Shown: positions 48,511 to 60,677, counted from the first letter of the whole stretch. The stretch is 62,965 nucleotides of DNA, filler included, from Hyphochytrium catenoides (GCA_900088475.1; 10 parts of 10 records of this genome joined end to end with filler, not necessarily neighbours in it), one strand, 5' to 3'. Made by a program: numbers and translations. The notes: generated from the sequence alone by a model not told the origin.

Positions 48511-51500
48511 AGACGGAGAGAGAGAGAGAAGGAGAAAGGGAGATCAGTCTAACAGTTTGTCGTTTAGCTCTTAGAGCGGGAGCTCTTCGGTCCTGAGGGA
48601 GCGCCGTCTCTGGCTCTGGAGATGACTTCAGACGTCGGAAAGCTCTCTGAAGACCTGGAGGAACTTCTGGGGGAGGTCAGCTCACCAGAGAGGAAAGAGA
48701 GAGAGAAAGCCGATGAGAGAAGGCCATCGTCTTCTCTCTCTCCCGTCTCCTCTCCTCACCACCTTACTCAGGAGAAAGGCTATCAAGGAGAGGAGAGAAC
48801 TTCAAAGGGAAATGCCGCAGCTCCGCGCTTCTCTTTTGAGATAGTGGAGGAGGAGGAAGATGAAGGAAAGAGAGAGACAGAGGAAGAAGAACCAAAGACT
48901 GCATTGCAGAAAGAAGAGAGAGAGAACCAAGTCTCTCCCCTTCCCTCTCTGTTACAGGCCCCACCCGGCGCAAAAGAGAGAGACACAGAGAGAAAACAAA
49001 GAGAAGTTGTCCCTGCAGCAGCACCGTTACGTTTCTCCTTTGCCATAGAAGAGGAGGACAATGAAGAAGAGGAGAGAGAAGAGAGAGAGACAGACGAGAG
49101 AGAGAGTGTTGAAAACAAACTCGGGTTATCTCCACAGGTGTCACAGGTGCAAGACCGAAATGAGGGAGAAAGAGAGAGACCTCTTCTTTCACCAGAGACG
49201 GAGGAGGTGGTAAAGTTAGGCGAAGAGAGAGAGGAAGTGATAGAGTTCAGAACGGGAGAGAAAAGAGAGAATGCTTTAGGGCTACCATTGAGCGGAGAGA
49301 GACGCTTAGGAGAAAGAGAGAATCAGGGCATCTCTTTCTCTTCTTCAGCCTCAGAGATTCTTGCCGTCCTGCAGACTGAATCAAAGACAGACGAGGAGAG
49401 AAGAAGAGAACAGGAAGAGGCTGCAAGTTTCTTTTTTCTCTCTCAAAACCTCGGTATGCAGACAGAAGAGAAAAAAGAGGAAACAACCTCGTGGATGAGG
49501 GAAACAGAGGAGAGAGCGGCGGCACAGGAAGAGACAGAGCAAGGTTCTCCCTCTCCTCCTCTCATTGAGGAGAGAGAAGAGGAAGAATGTCAGATTGTAG
49601 GTCACTCTCTCTCCCTCTCCCCTAGCGATCCCATCGGTACGTTCTCTCCTCCTTTCTCAAGGATGAAGCTAGAAGCCGAGAGTGGCAGAAAGGAGAGAGA
49701 AAAAGAGAGAGAAACCGAGATGGCTATGGAGAAGGATAGCGCCGTCTCAGATGCTCTGTTCAGATTTACAGAGAAAGAGGAAGATACTAGTGATAGGAGG
49801 GAGAATCCCACCTTCTCTCTCTCTCAATCACAGCTCTCCTCTTCACTCTCTCCTGCCTGCGGCTCTGATGACCCGGAAAAGAGGGAGAAGGAAGCCGATG
49901 TCTCTCTCTTCTCCGATCCTCCGGTCCTTGTCCCGTCGGTAGAAGAGAAAGAAAATGATGAAGCGGATGGACCGCCTCCTTCTCCCTTCCCCTCCTCTTT
50001 TACAGATACAGAGAGATATGATGGAACAAAAGAGAAGACGCAGGAGCCTATCTTCTCTCTTCTCTCTCTTGGGGAAGAGGAGGAAGGAGGAGCAAGTGAG
50101 AAGGAGAAGGCCCAGGAAGAGAGAGAAAGCTCCTTCGTCTCCTTTCAACATCAAAAGAGAGAGACGCTGCTAAAGGAAGAGAGAAAGGAAGAGGGCTTGA
50201 TAGAGGAAGAGAGAGAAGTATCGAGCACATCTATGGTTGTAGAGAGGGGAGGAGCTCACTCTCAAGGCGAGAAAAGGGATGAAGAAGAAGAGAGTTGCCC
50301 TCTCTCTCTCCCTCTTCCAACTCCAGAGATTTCTCTCTCTGAAATCCACAGCGAAGAGGACGGGAAGAAACAGGAAGAACCCCCATCCTCTTCTCTCTTT
50401 GTTCTGGATGCTCTCTGCCCTCAAGAACCAGAAGAGAGAGGCTTCAATGTCTCTTTCTCCGAATTCCCTGACAAAGGAGAGACAGGCGAAATAGGAGCTC
50501 TCTCTCTTCCTCCTCCCTTGACAGAAACCCTAGTCACAGCGGGAGAAGAGGAACAACAAGAGAGACTCGACGTGGAGAAGGAGAGAGAAGAACAAAAGGT
50601 CTCTCTCTCTTCCTTCCCGCTTGCTCTTCCTCTAGCCACACTACCGATAGACGGTGATATAGAAAAACAGCGACAAGAAGACGAAGAAGAAGCAGGAGAA
50701 CAAGAAGTCATCCTCTTTCCTCCTAGGTCGTCTCTCTCTTCTCAGCCAGACAGGCCAGAATCAAGTGTTATTGCTTCAGCAGAGAGAGGTCAAGAAGAGA
50801 GAGTGAGAGACGAAGAGAAGGAGGGAGAAGAAACAAAGCAACCGGTCTCTTCTCTTTCTTCCTCTATTGAAGCTTCACTTGACTGCCTTCCTCAGCTGAA
50901 GAAGACAGATAAAGCGGAAGAAGAGAGAGAAGATGCTTCTCTCTCCGGTCCTGTCTTATCGCTAGCTTCCTCTCCAGCGAGAGAGAGAGAGGCAAACGAA
51001 GGGCCCGCTTTCTCTCTCTCCTTTCAGACTAACTTTGACTCCTTCCCTGATGAGGAATTGGCTGAGTCGAGCAAAAAGCAAGAGATGACAGAAGAGACGG
51101 AAAAAGCCGAAGAAAGAAATAATGGCTCTCTCTTTCCCTCTCCAACCTCAGACTTGAGCTCTCACAATCAGTCGACGGAGGTGCAGGCCGTATTTCCGGA
51201 CTCTCTTCAGGAGAAAGTCTCTTTCTCTCTCGTCCCTCCCCCAGAAGAGTTAGCAAAGATAGAGGAGCTGGGACAAGAGAGAGAAAGAGAGAGAGGCCAA
51301 CTACCTTCTGCTTTCACCTCTGACTTTCAGGATGAGGGAGAACTGGAAGCGAAAGAGAAAGAGGCTTCTCTTTCTCCCTCTTTCTCAGCTTCGTTTGAGG
51401 CTTTCTCAGCTGAAGGGGCTGACAAGGCAATAGAAGAGAGTTTCCCACAGTCTGTCTCCCTCTCTCTTGAGCCTTCTTTTGAGGCCTTTCCGGACTTAGA

Positions 51501-52300
51501 AGCAGAGAGATCAAGAGAGAGAGAGACAACCCAGAAGACAGAACACTCTCTCTCTCTTTCCTTCGCTTTTACAAAGCAGCAGGAGGAAGAGAAGGAAGAG
51601 AAGAGAGGGCAAAACGGAACCGAGCAGGAAGAAAAGAGGGAAGCAACTCTCTCTCTCTCTTTCGACGCCTCCTTCGATTCTTTTCCGACGGAGCAAACAG
51701 GAGAGGAAAAGCAAAAGGAAGAGAACAAAGAAGAAAGAGAGAGGCAGAAATTGAGTCAAGAAGAGAAAGACATATTGCCAGCTCAGAGCGATGAAAGCTT
51801 CGCCGCCTTCACCGCCTTTGGAGAAAGTGACCAAATGGGAGAGATAATGTCAGGAGAGAAAGGAGAAGCCTCTCTCTCTTTTGATGCCTCGTTTCCTCTC
51901 CCCAACGCTGTCGAAGACCAGGGCTTTGGAGGCTTTGCGGCCTTTGGAGAAAATGACCCTGGGCAAGAGAGAGAGAAAGAGAGCTTCTCCGCCTTTTCTA
52001 CGAGTGACGGCTCCCAAGCTTTTGGAGGTAAGCCTCCAGTGTGCCCTTTCTTTCGTCCTATTCCTTAGCCTTAACAACCAATGTTGGATTCTGCGACTCT
52101 CTCTCTCTCGCTTTCTCTCTCTCGCTCGCTTTCTCTCTCTCTCTCTCTCTCTCTGTCTTTCGGTCGCGCTCTCCTCTCTGTTTTCGCTCTCTCTTATCAC
52201 TTTAAAAACTCTACAGCAGTCACTCAAGAAACAGGAAGCACCTGGTTCTCTTCTTCCTCCCCCACAGCCGGTAAGATGGGCTATCGCTTCGAGCCCTTTT

Positions 52301-52334
<34 letters not shown>

Positions 52335-54620
52335 CTCTTTCTCTCTATCTATCTAACCTCTCTCATTCTCTATCTCTATCTTTCTCAGACTCTTTTCTTT
52401 CCGTTTGGCTCACTTTCTATAAACTGCGCAATTCGTCTTGCTGTTCTCTCCTTTTCTCTTCCGCTCTGTTTGTCTCTCTCCTGATTTCGCAGTGCCTCTC
52501 TCTCTCTCTTTCTCCCCGTGTTATGCTTCTCTTCGTCTTCGTTGTCTCTCTCTCTCTTCTCACAGTGTCTCTATTTCTGTCTGTATGGGTTGATCTCTCT
52601 CTTTTATATCTGACACTGAGCGGGAAACCAAAAAGAGAGAGAAAGGACATTTCTCTCCCTTTTCCTCGCTCTTGTCCTCTTGTTAAGGTCGCTCTTGACT
52701 TTATCCTTTTCTCCTGAATGCTCATGACTTCTTTTTCTGCACCACAGGAGAGACACCAGAAAATGCATGGTTCTCTTCCTCTCTCTCTCCTTCTCTCCCT
52801 ATTAGACGATCCAGCACTTCAGAGCTAAAGATTGTCCTCGAAGAGAGAGACGACGCCTTCGAAGAAGAAGAAGGAGACAGAGGAGAAGAACAGCTGAAAC
52901 GATGGGACGAGGATGAACAAGAAAAGAGAGAGACCAAGAGAGAAGAGAAAGAAGATGAAGCTAAAGAATCAGAGAGAGAAGACAGAGAAGGAGAAAGAGA
53001 AGATGGAGTCCCTCAATTTGATGATTACGCTGGATTTCCAGATGCACGCTCCTTAGCTTTCAATGCTGAGGGAGAGGAAGAGAGAGAGAGAGAGAGAAGG
53101 GAGACTATCGACAGCTTTGACGACTTTGCCTCTGCTCCTGTAGAGGCAGAGTTGGGAGAGATAAGTGGGGAAGAGAGAGAAGACGAAGGAGAAAGAGAAG
53201 ATCCTTCTTTTGCACCAAGCGGCTGGCAGCCTTCCTCGTCTAAAACCAGGAGGAGATCGAGCCTTAAATCACAAGAGGTACGTGCAACCCTGATAAAAGA
53301 GACAGAGATACAGAGAGAGAGAGAGAGAGAGAGAGAGCTATAGACAGGGAGCTACAGAGAAAGAGAGAGAAAGAGCTACAAAGAGAACGCAGCGCTGATG
53401 GGGGAGAAGAGAGAAACTAGGGACTGAAAGAGAGAGAGAAAAGAACAGCCCTCCGTAGAAGAAGAGAGAGAAAGAAACAAAGGAAGAGAAGAGTAAAAGG
53501 AGAGCATGAGCAGACAAGAGAAGAAAGACTTGGCCCTCTACGAGAGATAGAGAGAATGCTCACATACTTTCTTTCTCAGGAAGAGGAGGCGTCCGATGTC
53601 CCCGTCTTTGAAAGTATTTTTGAAGATGTGAAGCCTCTGCATCCAAGAGCTTTGGCGGGGAGAGAGAGCGAAGATAAGGAAGAGAGAGACGCGGAAGCAG
53701 AGGCGAGAGAAAAGAAGCGCACACAGGAAAGAAAGGGAGAGACAAGAGAAGAAGTTCGCAAGCAATATGCAGAGAAACTGGAGAAGATTGTCATGAAGGT
53801 GCTCGACCTCTTGTCTCTTAGCTTTCATCCTGTCCCAGCCTGATTTTACCTTGAAACTTCCTGGCTCGCTCTCTTCCTCTTTCTTTCTCTTTCTCTCTCC
53901 TTCTCTTTCTCTCACAAAGTCTCTTTTTCCCTCTCTCTCTCTCGGTCTCTTTGCTGATCACTTTCCTTCTCTTCTCCTCTTCTCCCTATCTCTTGTTTCG
54001 TTGACTCTTCCTGCTGTCTTTCCTGCTGTACAGCAATCTTCCTTGATTGCAACCAGCTCTTTGGCCCAGCCTTCCCCGTCCCTGAAGGGGACCACCTCTT
54101 NNNNNNNNNNNNNNNNNNNNNNNNNNNNNNNNNNNNNNNNNNNNNNNNNNNNNNNNNNNNNNNNNNNNNNNNNNNNNNNNNNNNNNNNNNNNNNNNNNNN
54201 NNNNNNNNNNNNNNTCTCTCTTCCAACCTCAATCTCTCTCCTGCTCTTCTTTCTCTCGCGGAAGAGAGAGACCTCACTCGACAGTGGCTGCGGAACAGTT
54301 TGGTCAGGCTGTTGGAGCAGTGTCTTCTGAAAGGATACCTTCAGGTAGGAAGAGAAAGGCCGAGAGAAAGAGAGAAGGACAGACCACGACAGGAAGAAGT
54401 GGGAAACATGGAGAAAGAGGAGAAAAGAGAGTGCAAGAGAGACAGAGGCGCAGGACAGAGACACAGAGGGGAGAAATAGGAGGAGCACACACACACTGAG
54501 AGAGAGACGATGACGACGAGCAGAAAGGATGGAAATAGAGAGAAAGAGCGAATATAAGCTACAGCGATAAGAGAGGGACACAAGAAGGAATGGAAGACAC
54601 GAGAGACCTATTGGGGAGAG

Positions 54621-54674
<54 letters not shown>

Positions 54675-54738
54675 ACTCTTCGATAGTGGTGGAGAAAAGT
54701 CCTTGCTCTTTCCCTCTGTTAGCGCTCTCCCTCTTTCC

Positions 54739-54771
<33 letters not shown>

Positions 54772-54912
54772 CTTTTCTCTCTTGCTAACCTCTCTCTCCT
54801 GCTGCAGAACGCCTCAACAGAGCACCAGAGTTACCTTTCAGTGGCGGAAGACGGCGACAGTACGGATCTCTCCTCAGCTCTCCAGCGCTTGCAACACTTC
54901 GCCGTGCAAGAG
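48168..54912 (+). CDS. Large acidic disordered protein with repeated FxxF motifs (aftiphilin/gamma-synergin-like), 3' truncated; exons 48168-48209, 48568-52027, 52217-52270, 52748-53277, 53580-53798, 54034-54344 (gapped), 54808->54912
   Basis: 3.4-kb open exon. Motifs NFDSF, SFEAF, SFDASFDSF, SFAAFTAF, GFGGFAAF, QFDDYAGF, SFDDFASA. Phase-consistent GT-AG junctions. Confidence 0.7.
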
Positions 54913-55012
54913 NNNNNNNNNNNNNNNNNNNNNNNNNNNNNNNNNNNNNNNNNNNNTTAATTAATTAANNNNNNNNNNNNNNNNNNNNNNNNNNNNNNNN
55001 NNNNNNNNNNNN
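54913..55012. other. Artificial contig linker
   Basis: 44 N + TTAATTAATTAA + 44 N. Confidence 0.98.
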
Positions 55013-55115
55013 AAGGAGAAGGATGCGAAAAAACATCTTTGCCGCAGTCTCTGAACAGGGAGGTGAAGCTTGACAGCACAGGTCGGCCACTTGCCGTCAA
55101 CTGCCAGGGTGAGCT

Positions 55116-55463
55116 TTGTTCCAACGCGAGATGATTTTCGACCGTTGCATCGTTAGTCTCTATCCTCTGGTGAGCGACATCCGCGAAATTTGGGATGAAT
55201 GTCATTTCGTAGAGAAGGCGTATCGATCGGAAGATAAGGTCGACACAATGCCGGTCAATCAGAAGCGCAATGTCATGTATTGGTACTATGCACACAATAT
55301 TTATGACGTATGTGGACGAAACAACCGAATGAAGCTCCCTGACTGCTTGGTTGCGGCTATAAGGCGAGCTTATCCAAATGACCCTGCAGTATCTTATAAG
55401 GGGTTCGAGGAAGCTAGCAGAGGCGCTAAAACTGGAATTTTGAGAAAACCGGAAGTTTTTTGA
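55116..55463 (+). CDS. P2X7 cytoplasmic-ballast-like domain protein, possibly transposon-encoded; first ATG at 55131, 5' end possibly frameshifted
   Basis: NQKRNVMYWYYAHNIYDVCGRNNRMKLPDCLVAAIRRAYPNDPAVSYKGF fits the ballast pattern R..AY.......G.LG...R..LPSC....IR..FP....Y.GF. Confidence 0.7.
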   Translation: MFQREMIFDRCIVSLYPLVSDIREIWDECHFVEKAYRSEDKVDTMPVNQKRNVMYWYYAHNIYDVCGRNNRMKLPDCLVAAIRRAYPNDPAVSYKGFEEASRGAKTGILRKPEVF

Positions 55464-55657
55464 AATGGAACAAATGTATGGGGTAACATTTTAAGCCTAA
55501 CATTTTGTGTGGTAATGGGTGAAACTAACTCTCAGGAATGTCAGTCTACAATGAAAGTTTCAGGTCGGTCGTGTTGGGACCCCGAAAGCGTACATACGAT
55601 TCAAGCTTCTCATTTGTCGAACTCGTAGGCCCGTCTTTTATCCTGAGTATTCATTTT

Positions 55658-55730
55658 TCAAGTCAATGTCACCCACGAAGTAACTCATGAGGCTTGGGGC
55701 ATACTAAAATCAAGTCAATGTCACCTCACG
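55658..55730 (+). repeat. 16-bp exact direct repeat TCAAGTCAATGTCACC (55658-55673 and 55710-55725)
   Basis: Read directly; both copies are followed by (T)CACG. Confidence 0.9.
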
Positions 55731-56156
55731 CAACATTATGTATGAGATAAAGTCATGGAACTTCACCAAACTCTGCAGGCACGTCGGTGTCAAGGGCACG
55801 ATCCAGCCGAGGCGCGGCGGCCGCAGTCACAACAAACAGACAAAGCTTGATCGAACCGAACGAAGGCCTCCAGCAGAAATGACAGAATATGTGAGCTGGC
55901 CTCTACTAAGAAGCAGAGGATTGACTGGAAGAAGAGAAGAAAGCGGAGGAATAGGAAATCGACAAGACTGGCGTCGTCGGTAGGAGTGAGCTGGAGCACG
56001 CGGGCTTCCAGGTGATTGGACCGCCGAGGTTTGCTGATGAAATTGAATGAAACTTGTCGCCTTATCCTCCCGCAACAACAATCTCATTCTCTCCTCTTTG
56101 TTCTTGGTAGTCACTGTAAAACGTATCTCGGGTTTACCCAAAGTTTCCTTCAAGGT

Positions 56157-56256
56157 NNNNNNNNNNNNNNNNNNNNNNNNNNNNNNNNNNNNNNNNNNNN
56201 TTAATTAATTAANNNNNNNNNNNNNNNNNNNNNNNNNNNNNNNNNNNNNNNNNNNN
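56157..56256. other. Artificial contig linker
   Basis: 44 N + TTAATTAATTAA + 44 N. Confidence 0.98.
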
Positions 56257-56332
56257 TATGGATGGACAATTTTACTTATACTTGACGTCAAGAATTAGTG
56301 GAGATGGGTTGGGGAGTACTTTCAGCCATCAC

Positions 56333-56494
56333 CTGGGGGACCGGTATGATTGTAGACCTGGTCACTCCCCCAGGATCTGGGGCTTTGTTGTCTTTATCGG
56401 CCCGCTGGGACTTAGGCGGAGGGGTGCTCTTGTTGGAACGGCTTGGCCTAGAAGTGCGGCGGCCAGGGCGTGTTGCTGCTGACTGTGTATCCAT
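56333..56494 (-). CDS. Possible first exon of a hypothetical gene divergent from the MECR-like gene
   Basis: ATG...54 codons (MDTQSAATRPGRR...IIPVPQ) ending at a CAG|GTGATG donor. Confidence 0.35.
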
Positions 56495-56828
56495 TGATTA
56501 TCTGAAGCTCAAGATTTCTCTGTCTCCCAATACATCTCAGAGCTTTCTAGAGCTTCAGAGCTCATCGCTACCAAGCTCTCTCTCCTCTCTCTCTCCGCAA
56601 TCTCTTCCTTCTTGAGCTTCAGACTGGTCAGCAGTAGGGGCCTTAGGTCTGCTGGCTCAAGCGGCTCGCTGAGGTTTAATAGTGGCTGCGGATAGTTAGC
56701 TCTCCGTTTTGGAGGTTTGTTGCAAGTGAGCTGGTAGGCAGTCTCCATCACTCAGATTCTTAGCCTTGGAACCCAGCGCTGACTTTGTTTTTAAGACTGC
56801 CTGATCAGTCCCTCGATTCTCTTGAGCC

Positions 56829-58616
56829 ATGGCGACAGTAACACGTGCTCGGCCACTTTCTGCTCTGGCTAGGAGGTACTTCTCATCTACCTCGTCAAGA
56901 GCTGCCAAGGTGAGACTTGTCGTACAGCGCTTGTAATCGACAGAGTCTGTGAGGCTGAGCTGAACTATCTTCACCTCATTTCTTCACCCCCTATTTCGAT
57001 TCATGAACCTTTGCAGGTGGAGGTCAACATGTTGGCAGCCGCCGTGGATGATAGTATGAAGGAGGGCGTCGGGACCCTAAAAGGTAAGATGACATTCTCG
57101 TGAAAGCTGATCACAAAGGGCTTCCGGGAGGAATGTCATAGGTAGCTTAAAGGGAGCATCGAAAGCTATGAGATACTCTTGTCCTGACTAGCTCCGTCAT
57201 CTTCGTGTCCTTCAGCCGAGTCTAAAGGCTTTTCACCTTCGGACTGGGTGGTCTCAACAAAAGGCTTTGGTCCTTGGGGCCGTGTCGGTCAAGCAGATAC
57301 CAAGGACCTACTAAAAGTCTCCAACATCCCGGTAACTTGCTAGGCAAACCTATCTCTCTTCTCTACTGTTTCCTCTCTCTGTGCCTCTCTCTTTCCCACG
57401 CGTCTTCTCATTGTAAGAACTATTAGTCCAGCTCTTTCAAGGACTCTAGTAGTGGATGTAGATTTTTCCTTCCCCTTTCCCAGAGACTAGGTGGCCAAAG
57501 TCTACGCCGTCTGGTACTCAGATTCTCAATAGCTATAGATATCTTCTCTTCTTCGCTTCTTTCCCTGCCTTACCTTATTTTCTTCCGTTCCATTCAGGTG
57601 GAGTACGCCGCTTTGGCTCTTCATCCTTGCAAAGCCTACCGACTCCTCGCTGACTTCGGCAACCTTAAGCCTGGAGATGTAGTCATCCACTACGGAGGGG
57701 AGACACTAGTTGGGCAGGCTTTAGCACAACTGGGCAGAGAGAAAGGTCTTACAATTATTTCCGTGGTGCGACCTCATCACCTTCAGGATGAGATTGTGAA
57801 TGTACTCAAGAGAATCGGAGCAGAGATTGTCATCCCTGAGCACCTTGTCCCCACCTTCCGCTTCCATAGACTGCTTAGTGATGTTCCAAAGGCCGCACTG
57901 GTAAGTTTGACCACTCTCTATTTAGCTAACCTCGCCTATCCATCTCTCCCTCTATATACTATTCTTCTCTCTTTTCTCTTTCTCTCTATTTGGCTGATAC
58001 TTTCTTTCCCTTATGAGACCTTTTCCCCTAAAAGGTGTGGCACACCTTTCCTTAGTCGGCTCAGGTGATAGTTCGGGGCCCGCACTATTTTGACTGGCAG
58101 CTCAAGACTTCTCACGATTTATGTCATTTGCTCATTGCTCCTCTAATTTTTACCTCCTGACTCGATTTACTAACTACCTCAAGCCTAACAGCCTCCCTTG
58201 CGCTCTCATAGATCATTAACGATGCTGCTGGAAATGATCTCTCAAGCTTGGCGTCATCCTTCCCTAAAAAACCTTCTCTCTCCGCAATCAAAGCGCTGAA
58301 GGAGGAGCATGGAGAAGATTATGAAAAGGCACAGGTTTTCAAGTCTCTCCTGCAGCACCTCAAGCCAGGAGGCACAGTCGTCTCCTATGACGTCAAGGGA
58401 GATGTTCCATCTCTCCCTCAGGGCTCAAAACACGAGCGCTTCGATCCTCTAGCATGGTTTGAGGCTAATGACGCTAGCGAAATGCTAGACGACATCTCCC
58501 GGTACATTCAGGAAGAGAAGCTACATCTCTGGGTGGAAACGTTCAACTTGAAGGAACTCGAGCACGCGAAGAGAACACAGCTAGTGGGCTGGCGGAAGGT
58601 GGTGGTGAAGATGTAA
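56829..58616 (+). CDS. Mitochondrial trans-2-enoyl-CoA reductase (MECR/Etr1)-like MDR protein, degenerate; exons 56829-56909, 57017-57083, 57216-57331, 57598-57900, 58212-58616
   Basis: Presequence MATVTRARPLSALARRYFSS; VEVNMLAA..EGVG; DWVV...GFGPW; VEYAA...PCKAYRLLADFGNLKPGDVVI; VGQALAQLG...LKRIGAEIVI; LKPGGTVVSY. Confidence 0.85.
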
Positions 58617-59258
58617 GAAAGCGGGGTAGCACAGTTCCTTATAATAATAGCAGACACCAAAACTTAAAAAGGAAGTGCGCGCTCGCCTATTGGGGGCCAT
58701 GGCATGACATGGAATTCTGCTGCCACCTGGAGTCAAGGCAATGCGGAGAAACAAGAAGGCTAGAGACAATCAGCTTGCAGAGGGACAAAGACCTTCTGCC
58801 TCCTCATTGATCCTAACATCTCAAGGGTAAACCAGTAATTTACTCCGTGGTCATGAACTTTGAACCGGGATTGCAGTGGCGGTGTGGCCCTGATGGGCTT
58901 CAGCGGAATGACTAACTATATATCCCTCTCCCACTCCGAGAGTCCTATTGGTGTCCGTCTTTGCTCTTGCGCCAAGTGACAGGGGGTAAACGTTGCTAAG
59001 ACTCCATCATCCGTTCTCTGGCATAGTTGACCAGCTTAGGGGTCAACGAGCAGAGTTGACCGCCAGCAAACGGTCTTGCTTATAACCCTTCCTGCGAATA
59101 GGAGACAGATAGACGATAATGGTCTGAGGCCCTACAGAGGGAGAATCCATCCCTCGAGGCCGCTCTCTAGGTCTTTCCGTTCCTCGTGTCTTTCTTTCTG
59201 CCGGTCTCTTGCGTAGTCCTCTCCATTAGGTTGAAAGGAGATTCTTTGGGGCTGCTAG

Positions 59259-59457
59259 TCACGTGGGCGGCTGCTCGTCGACGGGCAATTCTACTGCTTC
59301 ACGGTCAGCTTTACTATTGTTCTCTTGCTTCATTCGTTGCGCGTCAAACCCTGCTTTACATTGTTCAATGTATTCGCAGTCCAACGGGATGGCGTAGGCG
59401 GCTTCTAGCAGATGCTTTTCAGAGACGACGCTGTCTGATGGCATTGTGTTGAGATAT
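59259..59457 (-). CDS. Last exon of a protein, possibly the C-terminal helices of a TBC/Rab-GAP
   Basis: Pyrimidine tract + CATAG acceptor, then YLNTMPSDSVVSEKHLLEAAYAIPLDCEYIEQCKAGFDAQR...stop. The family call is weak. Confidence 0.45.
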
Positions 59458-59696
59458 CTATGCAGTAGAAGAAGGAGAGAGGGTCGGAAGGAAGAGACAA
59501 TTGAGACATTATCCATTAAGCTGAGAATGACCAGCAAAAGACTTAAGAGTCGGACCCAAGAGTTATGGCCAGCAGTTGTGTGGGGAAAGGACAACGACGT
59601 AGCATAAGCACCCACAAAAGCGGATTGCTCTAATAGTGTGAGTAGAGCAGCGGACGCTGGGCACGGAAATGCACCCATTTCTCTCTCTCTCTCTCT

Positions 59697-59796
59697 NNNN
59701 NNNNNNNNNNNNNNNNNNNNNNNNNNNNNNNNNNNNNNNNTTAATTAATTAANNNNNNNNNNNNNNNNNNNNNNNNNNNNNNNNNNNNNNNNNNNN
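59697..59796. other. Artificial contig linker
   Basis: 44 N + TTAATTAATTAA + 44 N. Confidence 0.98.
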
Positions 59797-60039
59797 TCAT
59801 CCGCTTTGGTTCCTCTCGTTCTCTACCCTGCCGCACTCCATCGCCTTGTCTCGCTATCTCCCTCTCCTCTCACTATTCTCTTCACCCTCCGTTGCCTTTC
59901 CACTGTCCTCTTAATCTTTCGGGCAAGTTCAGGGTCTTTCCCCCTCCTTCTTCAGACGCTATATGCCTCTTCTCTCCTAAAGTCATGCCGAGAGAGGGAG
60001 GGAAGGCTTCCTCCTCCTCCTTTCACAACCGCCCGCCAG

Positions 60040-60677
60040 GGCCTGCAGTCTGAAGAACAGGAGGTGGCGCTGGAGCTGAAGAAAGCGCTGAAGGTACCGC
60101 GTGATAGCTGCCTTTCCTTTCCTTCGCTTCCCTTTGGGCCTCCTTCGACCACCCTTTTGCTGTGCAAGCCAGAAGATCTTTGCTGTCATTCTGCTCTTTC
60201 CTCTCTCGTCCCTGTTCCTCTCTTTACTTTGTCTTTTCTGTGACTAATTCGCTGACCTACCGTACGCCTTGCCCCAAGACTATATCTCTCACCCCATAAT
60301 CCCGGTACTTTCTCTCCTGCATGGCTTCATACACTCAGATAGCAGAGGAGTATCCCAACTCTACCCTCCGCGGCGAGGCGCACTATCAGCTGGCCACCTT
60401 TTACTGCAGAAGACCAGCCATTGACCTGGACAGAAAGATAAGGTGTGATACTGCCTACTTTAACGCGGCGGCGAATCAGCCTCGTGGCCTATGACTGCCT
60501 GCCGGCTCCGTCTCGTGTTACCTTCCGGCCTTTAGCCTGTTACTGACGCTGTAGGTATCAACCTGTAGGGAGCTCGCAGAACGGCATTTTCAGCTTGCAA
60601 TCCGAGCATTTGATGAGGGAAAATCTACCCTGGACCAAGTGCTGACCCGTCTTGATTGTATCAAGTTCTTATCCAAG
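60040..60677 (+). CDS. Internal exons of a TPR-like helical protein (EDRF1-like C-terminal region); exons 60040-60093, 60339-60442, 60569-60677
   Basis: Spliced: EVALELKKALK|IAEEYPNSTLRGEAHYQLATFYC...KIR|ELAERHFQLAIRAF...VLTRLDCIKFL. AHYQLA and LAERH resemble EDRF1-family sequences. Confidence 0.55.

Noticed and set aside
42083-55491. 13-bp inverted match AAATGTTACCCCA (42083) / TGGGGTAACATTT (55479) as transposon TIRs
   Set aside because: Different contigs, and 13-bp matches are expected by chance in 63 kb
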